Shown: positions 34,970-44,176, counted from the first letter of the stretch. The stretch is DNA of 64,000 bases from an uncultured Clostridia bacterium (GCA_947382865.1 CANDBF010000001.1:9543-73542), one strand, 5' to 3'. Numbers and translations are program-made. The notes: a model not told the origin generated them from the sequence alone.

Positions 34970-36349
34970 ATGATTCATTCATTCAGGCAAAACGGATACA
35001 ATATCGTGCTCGACGTAGCGAGCGGAAGCGTGCACGTTGTGGACGACGCGGCGTACGACGTAATAAACGCGTACGAATCTAAAAGCGAGGACAGTATTGT
35101 AAAAGCCGTGTGCGAGAAGCACGGCATAACTCCCGAGGAGGCGCGCGAATGTATCGCGAACGTTAAGGAGCTAAAAGCCGACGGCAAGCTGTTTTCGGAG
35201 GATACGTTCAAGCCCGACGCGAATATACTCGCAAAGCGCGACACGGTTATTAAGGCTATGTGTCTGCACGTCGCGCATACCTGCAACCTCGATTGCGAAT
35301 ACTGCTTCGCGGCGCAGGGCAAATATCACGGCGAGCGCGCGCTTATGACGTACGAGGTGGGCAAACGCGCTCTGGATTTCCTTGTGGAGAACAGCGGGAC
35401 GCGCCATAATCTCGAAGTGGATTTCTTCGGCGGCGAACCGCTTATGAATTTTGAAGTTGTGAAACGGCTCGTAGCATACGCGCGTTCGATAGAGGAAGAG
35501 AAGGGCAAGCATTTCAGATTTACGCTCACCACCAACGGAATGCTCATCGACGACGACGTGATAGACTTCTGCAACCGCGAGATGGACAACGTCGTGCTGA
35601 GCCTCGACGGCAGAAAGGAGGTGCACGACCGCTTCCGTAAGACCGTGGGAGGCAAGGGCAGCTTCGATATAATAGTGCCGAAATTTAAGAAGCTCGTGGA
35701 CGAGAGAAAGAACGGAACATATTATATGCGCGGCACGTTTACGCATTTCAATCCCGACTTCACGGAGGATATCGCGACTATGCTCGACCTAGGTTTCGAC
35801 GAGTTGAGTATGGAGCCCGTCGTGTGTCCGCCAACCGACAAGTATGCGCTTACCGAAGAGGATAAGCAGGTCATCTACGGGCAGTACGAGAAGCTCGCTG
35901 ATATGATGATAGAGCGCAGGAAGCAGGGCAAGCCCTTTACGTTTTATCACTATATGCTCGACCTCGACGGCGGTCCGTGCATATACAAGCGCATATCGGG
36001 CTGCGGAAGCGGCACGGAATACCTCGCCGTTACGCCTACGGGCGAGCTGTACCCCTGCCACCAGTTTGTAGGGAATAGGGACTACCTTATGGGCGACATA
36101 TGGCATGGCGTGACGAGGACTGATATACGCGACAGGTTCAAGAGGTGCAACGCGTATTCCCGCAAGGAGTGCGGGGACTGCTGGGCTAGGCTATACTGCT
36201 CGGGGGGCTGCGCCGCAAACGCGTACAATGCGACGGGCGATATAAACGGCACATACGCGTATGGCTGCGACCTCTTCAAAAAGCGCATAGAGTGCGCGAT
36301 TATGCTCAAAGTGGACGAAATGATGAGCGAGCAAAATCCGCAGCAATAG
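34970..36349 (+). CDS. SCIFF radical SAM/SPASM maturase (thioether cross-link-forming)
   Basis: HVAHTCNLDCEYCFA carries the CxxxCxxC cluster. The C-terminal SPASM Cys clusters are CGSGTEYLAVTPTGELYPCHQF and CGDCWARLYCSGGCAANA. ATG 34970 follows a GGGAGAG Shine-Dalgarno; the ORF track starts at 34946. Confidence 0.9.
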   Translation: MIHSFRQNGYNIVLDVASGSVHVVDDAAYDVINAYESKSEDSIVKAVCEKHGITPEEARECIANVKELKADGKLFSEDTFKPDANILAKRDTVIKAMCLHVAHTCNLDCEYCFAAQGKYHGERALMTYEVGKRALDFLVENSGTRHNLEVDFFGGEPLMNFEVVKRLVAYARSIEEEKGKHFRFTLTTNGMLIDDDVIDFCNREMDNVVLSLDGRKEVHDRFRKTVGGKGSFDIIVPKFKKLVDERKNGTYYMRGTFTHFNPDFTEDIATMLDLGFDELSMEPVVCPPTDKYALTEEDKQVIYGQYEKLADMMIERRKQGKPFTFYHYMLDLDGGPCIYKRISGCGSGTEYLAVTPTGELYPCHQFVGNRDYLMGDIWHGVTRTDIRDRFKRCNAYSRKECGDCWARLYCSGGCAANAYNATGDINGTYAYGCDLFKKRIECAIMLKVDEMMSEQNPQQ

Positions 36350-36396
36350 CCGATAAGAGCCTTATACTGATTTGATTATGAAATATGGATAGTATT

Positions 36397-36425
36397 ATGC
36401 CGCGCATTGAAAGCGCGGCATTTTT
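36397..36425 (+). terminator. Intrinsic terminator after the SCIFF maturase gene
   Basis: ATGCCGCGC-attgaaa-GCGCGGCAT is followed by TTTT. Confidence 0.8.
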
Positions 36426-36514
36426 ATCGATTTAGGGTCAAATTTCCGTTAAATATTGACAAATACGGTCAAATATTGTTATATTTTTATCGATAAAAAT
36501 TTTGCGGTGAAATT

Positions 36515-37162
36515 ATGCAGGAACAAAACGTCGAAATGTCGAAAGCGACTCTAAACAGACTTCCGTCTTATCTCAGATATTTATATCAGCTGGACAAGAA
36601 AAACGTGCCCACCGTTTCCAGTACGACGATTGCAAACGGACTGGGACTGAATCCCGTGCAGGTGAGGAAGGATATCGCGCTTGTGGCTTCCGTCGCGGGT
36701 AAGCCCAAGACAGGCTACGCGACAAAGGATTTGATTGCCGACCTCGAAGGGTATCTGGGATACAACAACACGCGCGACGCGGTGCTCGTGGGCGCGGGCG
36801 GACTCGGGCGCGCTATACTCGGCTACGACGGCTTCCGCAATTACGGCTTGAATATCGTCGCCGCTTTTGACGTAAACGAGGAGTCAATCGGCAAAGAGGT
36901 CAACGGCAAGCCCGTTTATCATCTGGACAATCTGGACAGCGTGGTGAACAGGTTCAAAATCCGGCTCGGCATAATCTGCGTACCGTCGGTTGCGGCGCAG
37001 TCCGTCGCGGATAAAATGGTAAAAGCGGGTATAAGAGCGATATGGTGCTTTGCGCCCGTGCATCTCAATCTGCCGCCCGACATAGCTGTCAAGGGGGAGG
37101 ATTTGGCTGCGTCGCTTGCTTTACTCAGTATGCAACTCACGACCTCTTCGTTGAACGAATAA
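36515..37162 (+). CDS. rex: Redox-sensing transcriptional repressor Rex
   Basis: SKATLNRLPSYLRYL, TVSSTTIANGLGLNPVQVRKDIA (winged helix), and VLVGAGGLGRAIL (NADH Rossmann fold). The protein is 215 aa. Confidence 0.9.
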   Translation: MQEQNVEMSKATLNRLPSYLRYLYQLDKKNVPTVSSTTIANGLGLNPVQVRKDIALVASVAGKPKTGYATKDLIADLEGYLGYNNTRDAVLVGAGGLGRAILGYDGFRNYGLNIVAAFDVNEESIGKEVNGKPVYHLDNLDSVVNRFKIRLGIICVPSVAAQSVADKMVKAGIRAIWCFAPVHLNLPPDIAVKGEDLAASLALLSMQLTTSSLNE

Positions 37163-37263
37163 CTTTGTCAGAGGCATTTTTGCTTGCCGTCGTGTACGTC
37201 GGTACACTGGGCGGTTCGCAAAAATGCCTATTTCGCGTTCTTCATCTCAACGAAGAGGTCGTG
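37138..37263. repeat. 126-nt nested inverted repeat overlapping the rex stop codon
   Basis: The outer 17-bp perfect arms are CACGACCTCTTCGTTGA (37138-37154) and TCAACGAAGAGGTCGTG (37247-37263). The inner 12-bp arms are AGGCATTTTTGC (37172-37183) and GCAAAAATGCCT (37218-37229). The central element is GTGTAC..GTACAC. Confidence 0.75.
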
Positions 37264-37376
37264 GCGAAAAAGTTTGCTCGCCCTCAATTAGACTTTTGAT
37301 TTTTATAATCTATAATATTATTAATATAAAATTAAGCGAATAATTTGTTATAACCTCTATAAGATTCTACAATGAT

Positions 37377-37572
37377 ATGCCTGTGCGCGCCGTTTGGGAC
37401 GACCAAAAGTCCAAATGGTATTTTAGTGTTCTTGATAATTGCGGTAATACGAAATGAAGCTGATTACGATAAAAATCGCAATTATTGGAAGTATCTCAAA
37501 TCGAAATTAAAAAGGGAGAACGGTCAGTTGGGTAGTACACTACCCAAGCGAGGAGAATATTCGGAAAATTAA
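37377..37572 (+). pseudogene. Frameshifted relic of a phage/antirepressor-associated gene (Bro-N/RhuM-like N-terminal region)
   Basis: Frame A reads MPVRAVWDDQKSKWYFSVLD and frame B continues IIAVIRNEADYDKNRNYWKYLKSKLKRENGQLGS. Joined, they resemble the (I/V)R.VWD....WYFSV.D......NYWK.LK.RLK.EG N-terminal pattern I recall from prophage-borne proteins. The relic is truncated at both ends and sits in AT-rich DNA. Confidence 0.4.
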
Positions 37573-37580
37573 TTATCATA

Positions 37581-37603
37581 AAAGCCCGCGGAAGCGGGCT
37601 TTT
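37581..37603. terminator. Bidirectional hairpin terminator downstream of glyQS
   Basis: AAAGCCCGC-ggaa-GCGGGCTTT, 25 nt beyond the glyQS stop codon. Confidence 0.7.
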
Positions 37604-37627
37604 ACATTCACTATAAATATAAAATAC

Positions 37628-39013
<1,386 letters not shown>

Positions 39014-39115
39014 AACACACCTCTTTGAAAATTGCAAATAATGATTAAATAAAATAATAATTAAAAGAGCCTATAAAGTCAATCGATTGAAAGCCGATTA
39101 TTCAGGCGCAAACGC

Positions 39116-39149
39116 AAAAAAAGAACGCCGTGCGGCGTTCTTTTTTTTT
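39116..39149. terminator. Strong bidirectional intrinsic terminator
   Basis: AAAAAAA-GAACGCCG-tg-CGGCGTTC-TTTTTTTTT, 12 nt after the stop of the Cys/Gly-rich micro-protein gene. Confidence 0.85.
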
Positions 39150-39161
39150 GCAAAATCCGAA

Positions 39162-39371
39162 TTACTTGCAGCAGCAGTTGTTGGAACCGCACAGGCAGGA
39201 CAGAATAAGTATAAGCCATACGAGATCGCAGCTGCCCATACCGCCGCAACCGGTATTTCCGCATCCGCAACCGCATCCGCAGCTGTTCAGGATGAACAGG
39301 AGAAGGATGATGTCGCAGCAGTTGCATCCGCAACCGCAACCATTATTGCCACCGTTTGCAAAAAAGTTCAT
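39162..39371 (-). CDS. Cys/Gly-rich, doubly hydrophobic 69-aa micro-protein of unknown family
   Basis: MNFFANGGNNGCGCGCNCCDIILLLFILNSCGCGCGCGNTGCGGMGSCDLVWLILILSCLCGSNNCCCK has 16 Cys and 14 Gly. A GGAGGT Shine-Dalgarno sits 7 nt upstream of the ATG, and a dedicated terminator follows. Confidence 0.65.
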   Translation of the reverse strand: MNFFANGGNNGCGCGCNCCDIILLLFILNSCGCGCGCGNTGCGGMGSCDLVWLILILSCLCGSNNCCCK

Positions 39372-39476
39372 AGTATGTACCTCCGTTTTATTAGGATTTC
39401 TCCTACATTACCTTACGCTTTTTCAAAAAAATGTGTTCCTAAGCATTGAAAATATAAACCGCAAATATAATTTGAT

Positions 39477-39941
39477 GTGGAGTACCTAAAACGGATGGTC
39501 GGAATTGTAGTAGGTCTTTTCTGCGTGCTTATCGTCGCAGGAATTAGCTCCGCAATCTTCAAAATAGACTTAAACTGGTATATTTCGCTCAATAAACCCC
39601 CGTTTGTGGTAAGCAGCGGGTGGTTTACGGTGTTCGTGGCGGTAAGCTATATCTCCTCTATCGTGGCGGTAAGCAGGCTTGTGCACTTCAAGCATTTTTT
39701 TCCGTCGCTGCTGTTTTTCGGCTTGCTGGGACTGTCCAACATACTGTTTGTGCTCTGCTTTTTCAGACTCAAAAATCTTATAGCGTCGCTTGTGTTCATA
39801 ACTGTTGCGCTCGCGATGGCGTACACGCTTTTCATCAGATTTATTTTGAAGGAAATCAAAATCGCGGCGGAATTCGCTCCCGCGTTCGTATTCTATGCGT
39901 ATGCTTTCGTGTGCGTGCTCTATATCGCTATGCAAAATTGA
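39477..39941 (+). CDS. TspO/MBR-like membrane protein (divergent)
   Basis: 154 aa with about 5 TM. LNWYISLNKPPFVVSSGWFTVFVAVSYISS resembles the W(Y)..L.KP.(W/F).P....F..W..(L)Y motif of TspO. The start is GTG, and ATG 39495 is an alternative. Confidence 0.45.
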   Translation: MEYLKRMVGIVVGLFCVLIVAGISSAIFKIDLNWYISLNKPPFVVSSGWFTVFVAVSYISSIVAVSRLVHFKHFFPSLLFFGLLGLSNILFVLCFFRLKNLIASLVFITVALAMAYTLFIRFILKEIKIAAEFAPAFVFYAYAFVCVLYIAMQN

Positions 39942-40043
39942 AAACGGGCGCGCATAAAAGCAATTCGCGCTTGATAATAGCGAAAGATTTTGATATACTA
40001 AATACAATTATTACATAGGCGCGCGCCGCGCGCGGAGAAAGCT

Positions 40044-40814
40044 ATGCTGCTTGCGATGGATATAGGCAATACAAACGTGAAACTGGGCGTTTTCGACGGG
40101 GATACTCCCGTGGCGTCATGGAGAGTTTCCACAAAGGCGTACCGCACTGCCGACGAGTACGGCATGGTGCTGTACGATTTGCTGGGACAGCACAGTATGA
40201 AGTTCGAGGACGTCGACGCCGCGGTTATGTCGTCGGTCGCGCCCGCGCTCAATTACACCATAGAGCATATGTGCAGATACTATCTCCACTGCCAGCCTCT
40301 CGTCGTGTCGCACGCGCTCAATACCGGCATTACGCTCGGCTATGAGCACCCCTCGGAGCTGGGCGCGGACAGGATTGTAGGAGCCGCCGCCGCGTATCAT
40401 TTTTACGGCGGTCCCGTGATAGAGGTGGATTTCGGCTCGGCGACCACGTTCAATCTCGTGACGGGCAAGGGCGAGTTTATAGGCGGAGCTATCGCCCCCG
40501 GCATTATGACCGCAACCGAGTCGCTTGTGACCACCGCGGCGAAGCTGCCGAGGATAGAGCTCACTCCTCCCGACGATATTGTGGGCAGGGATACGAGAAG
40601 CTGTATGCAAAGCGGCGTGATTTACGGATATACTGGGCTTGTGAAGTATATGGTGGAGAGGTACTCGGCGCTCGCCGAGATGAAGGGCGCGAAGGTGGTC
40701 GCTACGGGAGGACTGAGCGAGATAGTCGCATCTACCGAGCCGTCTCTGCTCGACGTTGTGGACAGGGCGCTCGCTCTTAAAGGACTGAAATTTATCTATG
40801 ACGCAAACAAATGA
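40044..40814 (+). CDS. coaX: Type III pantothenate kinase
   Basis: MLLAMDIGNTNVKLGVF, GADRIVGAAAA, and VIEVDFGSATTFN. The protein is 256 aa. Confidence 0.9.
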   Translation: MLLAMDIGNTNVKLGVFDGDTPVASWRVSTKAYRTADEYGMVLYDLLGQHSMKFEDVDAAVMSSVAPALNYTIEHMCRYYLHCQPLVVSHALNTGITLGYEHPSELGADRIVGAAAAYHFYGGPVIEVDFGSATTFNLVTGKGEFIGGAIAPGIMTATESLVTTAAKLPRIELTPPDDIVGRDTRSCMQSGVIYGYTGLVKYMVERYSALAEMKGAKVVATGGLSEIVASTEPSLLDVVDRALALKGLKFIYDANK

Positions 40815-40839
40815 GCGCATTGCGCAAAACGGAGATAAT

Positions 40840-42105
40840 ATGAGTGCAAAACACGTGGGAGTGGCGCTTCTGGGGCTGGGAGTAGTCGGCGGCGGCACGT
40901 ATGAGATTTTGCGCGACAAGCGCGATATGATTCTGAAAAACGACGGCGTGGATATCGAGGTCAGGCGCGTGCTCGACCGCAATTCCGACAGGCTTAAACA
41001 GCTGGGAGCGGAAAGCCTCGCCGCAAGGGATATAGACGAAATCGTAAACGACCCCGACGTAGATATAGTCGCGGAATTTTTCGGAGGCGTCGAGCCTGCG
41101 AGGAGCTTTCTTATAAAAGCGCTCGAAGCGGGCAAGAGCATAGTCACCGCAAACAAGGAGATGCTTGCAAAGAGCTGGCGCGAGCTCGAAGCGGCGGCGG
41201 AGCGCGGCGGCGGAGGGCTGTATTTCGAGGCGAGCTGCGTGGGCGGCGTCCCCGTCATCCGCACGCTTACCGACAGCATGCAAGGCAATGCGGTTACCTC
41301 GCTTAAAGGCATAGTCAACGGCACCACTAATTATATTCTTTCGCGTATGAGCGACGAGGGCGTAGAGTACGGCGAATGCCTCAAAGAGGCGCAAAGGCTC
41401 GGTTACGCGGAGGCGAACCCGTCCGCCGACGTGGACGGCTTCGATTCGTCGTACAAGAACTGTATATTAAGCTCCCTCGCATATCGCAGGCGCGTGCCGC
41501 TCGACAGAATTTACAGAGAGGGAATCTCAAAAATAAACGTTAAGGACATCGCGTACGGAAAGGAACTTGGATATACGCTCAAACTGCTTGCGATTTCCAA
41601 ATGCAGGGACGGACGGGTCGAGGCGCGCGTGCATCCGTCCTTTTTGCCGTCCGCCCATCCGCTTGCCGCGGTCAAGGGGCCTTTCAACGCGCTGTATATC
41701 CACGGCGACAGCGTGGACGATATTATGCTGTACGGAAGGGGCGCGGGCGCGCTGCCTACGGGAAGCGCGATTGTGAGCGATATAGTTTTTGCGGCGGGAA
41801 AGGATACGCACAGGAGATTTGCGTTTGAGCTCGAAGACGGAGGAGATACCGTTATATCAGACGATTTTTCCTCCGCACATTATATTCGCTTTGACGTTAA
41901 GAACGAGGAGGGCACGCTCGCAAAGATATCGGGCGCGTTTGCAAAATGCGGCGTACCCGTAAAGACGGTGCTCAAAAAGGACGACGGCACTCTGATAATC
42001 GTCACGCACGAGGCGGGGGAAAGCGCGGTAGTGCGCGCGCTCGCCGCGGCGGAGCAGTTATCCGGAGTGGAAAGGGTCGCCGCTCACATAAGAGTAGAGG
42101 AATAA
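40840..42105 (+). CDS. hom: Homoserine dehydrogenase with C-terminal ACT domain
   Basis: VGVALLGLGVVGGGTYEIL (Rossmann fold), VTANKEMLA, GIVNGTTNYILS, and LGYAEANPSADVDGFD. I chose ATG 40840; the ORF track starts at 40798. Confidence 0.9.
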   Translation: MSAKHVGVALLGLGVVGGGTYEILRDKRDMILKNDGVDIEVRRVLDRNSDRLKQLGAESLAARDIDEIVNDPDVDIVAEFFGGVEPARSFLIKALEAGKSIVTANKEMLAKSWRELEAAAERGGGGLYFEASCVGGVPVIRTLTDSMQGNAVTSLKGIVNGTTNYILSRMSDEGVEYGECLKEAQRLGYAEANPSADVDGFDSSYKNCILSSLAYRRRVPLDRIYREGISKINVKDIAYGKELGYTLKLLAISKCRDGRVEARVHPSFLPSAHPLAAVKGPFNALYIHGDSVDDIMLYGRGAGALPTGSAIVSDIVFAAGKDTHRRFAFELEDGGDTVISDDFSSAHYIRFDVKNEEGTLAKISGAFAKCGVPVKTVLKKDDGTLIIVTHEAGESAVVRALAAAEQLSGVERVAAHIRVEE

Positions 42106-42106
42106 T

Positions 42107-43648
42107 ATGCAAAAGAAATTCAGACAGTTTGACAGAGCCGCGGGCATACTGCTCAACGTATCTTCGCTTCCGTCGGAGTACGGCATAGGCTGCTTCTCAA
42201 AGGACGCGGTGGTGTTTGCGGATATAGCGGCGGATATGGGCTTTCACTGGTGGCAGATATTGCCCATAACAACGATAGGCTGCGGCAATTCGCCCTACTC
42301 GGGGCTGTCCACGTACGCGGGTAACAGGCTGTATATCTGTCCCGCCGAGCTCGAAAAAGAGGGTCTGCTCACCGCCGACGAGGTGAACGCAAGCAAGTAC
42401 CGCGGCGAGCCGTACAGGACGGATTACGACTTTGCGCGCATAAATACGGAGAGATTTTTGCGCACGGCGTTTTCCAGAGTGGACGGCGAGGTCAAAGAGA
42501 GAATAAAAAAGTTCAGAAAAGAGCAGAGCTACTGGCTTGAAGACTACGCGCTGTTTATGTCTCTTGCCGCCGCCCGCTCGACCGCATGGTGGAGATGGGA
42601 GGACGGGCTTAAATACCGCAGGGAAGCGGATATGAAAAAGGCGAGAGATGAGCTCAAAGAGGATATAGACTTTTACGTGTTCGAGCAGTACGAGTTTTAC
42701 AGGCAGTGGTTTAAGGTAAAGGAGCTTGTCAACGAAAGGGGCGTAAGCGTCATCGGCGACCTGCCCTTTTACGTCGCTACCGACAGCGTGGACGTGTGGG
42801 CTAACCCCGAAGCGTTCCAGCTTGACGAAAAGCTGCTGCCAAAGGCAATCGCGGGAGTGCCGCCGGACGCGTTTTCAAGAACGGGGCAGGTGTGGGGCAA
42901 CTGCCTGTACGATTTTGCGGCAATGAAAAAGGACGGCTTCAAATGGTGGAGAAAGAGAATATCCCACTGCCTCAAACTGTACGACGCGCTCAGGCTCGAC
43001 CATTTCAGAGCGTTTTACAATTACTTTTCCATCCCCGCGCGCGACTATAACACGGCGGAAAACGGCGTATGGGAAAAGGGTCCCGCGGATGCGCTTCTGA
43101 ACCTCGTGTACGAGGACAACCGCGACGCGCTGTTTATCGCAGAGGATCTGGGACTTATCGATAAAGAATGCCGCGAGTATATCGACGGCACGGGCATTCC
43201 CACTATGCGGGTATTCCAGTTCGGCTTCGACGGCACGCCCAGCGCGCATCTGCCGTACAGATACGAGGTCAACACCGTCGCGTATACGGGCACGCACGAC
43301 AACAATACCACGCTCGGCTGGCTTTACGAGCTGAATGAGGGCGCGCGCAATTACGTGCTTAAATACTGCGGCTTCAAGGGCGCCGGCTGGGGCGCCGGCG
43401 GTCCCGACTGCGGCTCCACCAAGGCAATAATAAAGACCCTGATTATGTCGTCGTCCGCACTTGTCGTGCTCCCGTATCAGGATATGCTGGGCTACGGCGG
43501 CGATACGCGAATGAATATTCCGGGGGTTGCGGAGGGCAACTGGACGTACAGACTGCCTTTTCATCTTATGACGAGCGTGGATAGGGATTATTTCCTTGAC
43601 CTGAACAGCACCTACGGTCGTATGGGCGGCGGAGCGAAGATGCTATGA
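42107..43648 (+). CDS. malQ: 4-alpha-glucanotransferase (GH77 amylomaltase)
   Basis: AGILLNVSSLPSEYGIGCF, LRLDHFRAF, YTGTHDNNT, and PYQDMLG. The protein is 513 aa. Confidence 0.9.
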   Translation: MQKKFRQFDRAAGILLNVSSLPSEYGIGCFSKDAVVFADIAADMGFHWWQILPITTIGCGNSPYSGLSTYAGNRLYICPAELEKEGLLTADEVNASKYRGEPYRTDYDFARINTERFLRTAFSRVDGEVKERIKKFRKEQSYWLEDYALFMSLAAARSTAWWRWEDGLKYRREADMKKARDELKEDIDFYVFEQYEFYRQWFKVKELVNERGVSVIGDLPFYVATDSVDVWANPEAFQLDEKLLPKAIAGVPPDAFSRTGQVWGNCLYDFAAMKKDGFKWWRKRISHCLKLYDALRLDHFRAFYNYFSIPARDYNTAENGVWEKGPADALLNLVYEDNRDALFIAEDLGLIDKECREYIDGTGIPTMRVFQFGFDGTPSAHLPYRYEVNTVAYTGTHDNNTTLGWLYELNEGARNYVLKYCGFKGAGWGAGGPDCGSTKAIIKTLIMSSSALVVLPYQDMLGYGGDTRMNIPGVAEGNWTYRLPFHLMTSVDRDYFLDLNSTYGRMGGGAKML

Positions 43649-44130
43649 TACTGTTCTTTATGCGCGGAGAGGCGGACAGCGATATGTTTGTCAAGTATTG
43701 CTATAAGCATTACAGGGATATTATAGGAGACGACAGCCTTCCGCACTCGGTCGAAATTCTGCGCAAGGAGGGAGTCAAGCCTCGTTTTGACTGTGAAGAC
43801 GTATATTTCAATCTTTCCCACTCGGACGGCGTGATTATGCTCGGCATATCGCATACGCCGATAGGAGTGGACATAGAGCGGGTGCGGGAGATAGATATAT
43901 CAAAATTTCCCTTTATACAGGCGGAGGACGAAGAAGAATTCTTCGAGAGGTGGACGGAAAGGGAAAGCTATGTTAAAATGACGGGAGAGGGCATAGTCGG
44001 CATAAGAAAGCCCGTCCCCGAGGACGCGCACTTCGAGCACTTCCCCGTTTACGACGGCTATCACGCCTGCGTGTGCGCGGAGGAGCAGAATATACTGGCA
44101 TACGAAATGGACCCATCCGCAGTGGTATAG
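43645..44130 (+). CDS. Short Sfp-type 4'-phosphopantetheinyl transferase
   Basis: FNLSHSDGVIMLGIS, IGVDIERV, and FFERWTERESYVKMTGEG (W..KES..K motif). The protein is 161 aa and its start overlaps the malQ stop (ATGA). Confidence 0.75.
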   Translation: MILFFMRGEADSDMFVKYCYKHYRDIIGDDSLPHSVEILRKEGVKPRFDCEDVYFNLSHSDGVIMLGISHTPIGVDIERVREIDISKFPFIQAEDEEEFFERWTERESYVKMTGEGIVGIRKPVPEDAHFEHFPVYDGYHACVCAEEQNILAYEMDPSAVV

Positions 44131-44176
44131 AGGACTTTGCAGGTTATCCTGTGAAAATATATTTTGAGGTAACGAT

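Noticed and set aside
36436-36480. GGTCAAAT / ATTGAC half-site repeats upstream of rex, considered as a possible Rex autoregulatory operator.
   Set aside because: The alignment to the Rex box consensus (TTGTGAA-n4-TTCACAA, or TTGTTAA-n4-TTAACAA) fails on the left half-site. The TTGACA is more simply the -35 element of the rex promoter.
37042-37299. 85-aa plus-strand ORF running out of the rex 3' end.
   Set aside because: It is out of frame with rex, spans the nested inverted repeat, and has no Shine-Dalgarno. It is read as an artefact of the palindromic sequence.
39014-39115. Expected T-box leader upstream of glyQS.
   Set aside because: Only about 100 nt separate the glyQS start from the terminator of the neighbouring gene. 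That is too short for a T-box, and no T-box sequence or specifier loop is visible.
39200-39360. Short tandem GCAACCGCATCCGCA-type DNA repeats, considered as a possible microsatellite or mini-CRISPR.
   Set aside because: The repeats are simply the codon-level image of the CGCGCGC peptide runs. There is no spacer-and-repeat architecture and there are no cas genes.
39389-39418. Possible forespore-type promoter (GCGTA-18-CCTAATA, read on the minus strand) for the Cys/Gly-rich gene.
   Set aside because: The implied transcription start would fall inside the Shine-Dalgarno (39379-39384). The match also deviates from consensus in both elements, so it is not credible.
39079-39489. Three further ORFs overlap the Cys/Gly-rich gene: 86 aa on the minus strand, and 120 aa and 119 aa on the plus strand.
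   Set aside because: They are alternative frames of the same GC-repeat DNA and translate as Pro/Gln/Arg/Ala repeats. Only the 69-aa frame has a GGAGGT Shine-Dalgarno at correct spacing and ends just before the terminator.
40116-41327. 403-aa minus-strand ORF, and the neighbouring 40792-41394 ORF.
   Set aside because: Both are antisense to coaX and hom, which have unmistakable motifs. Their low-complexity Ser/Pro/Arg composition marks them as shadow ORFs.
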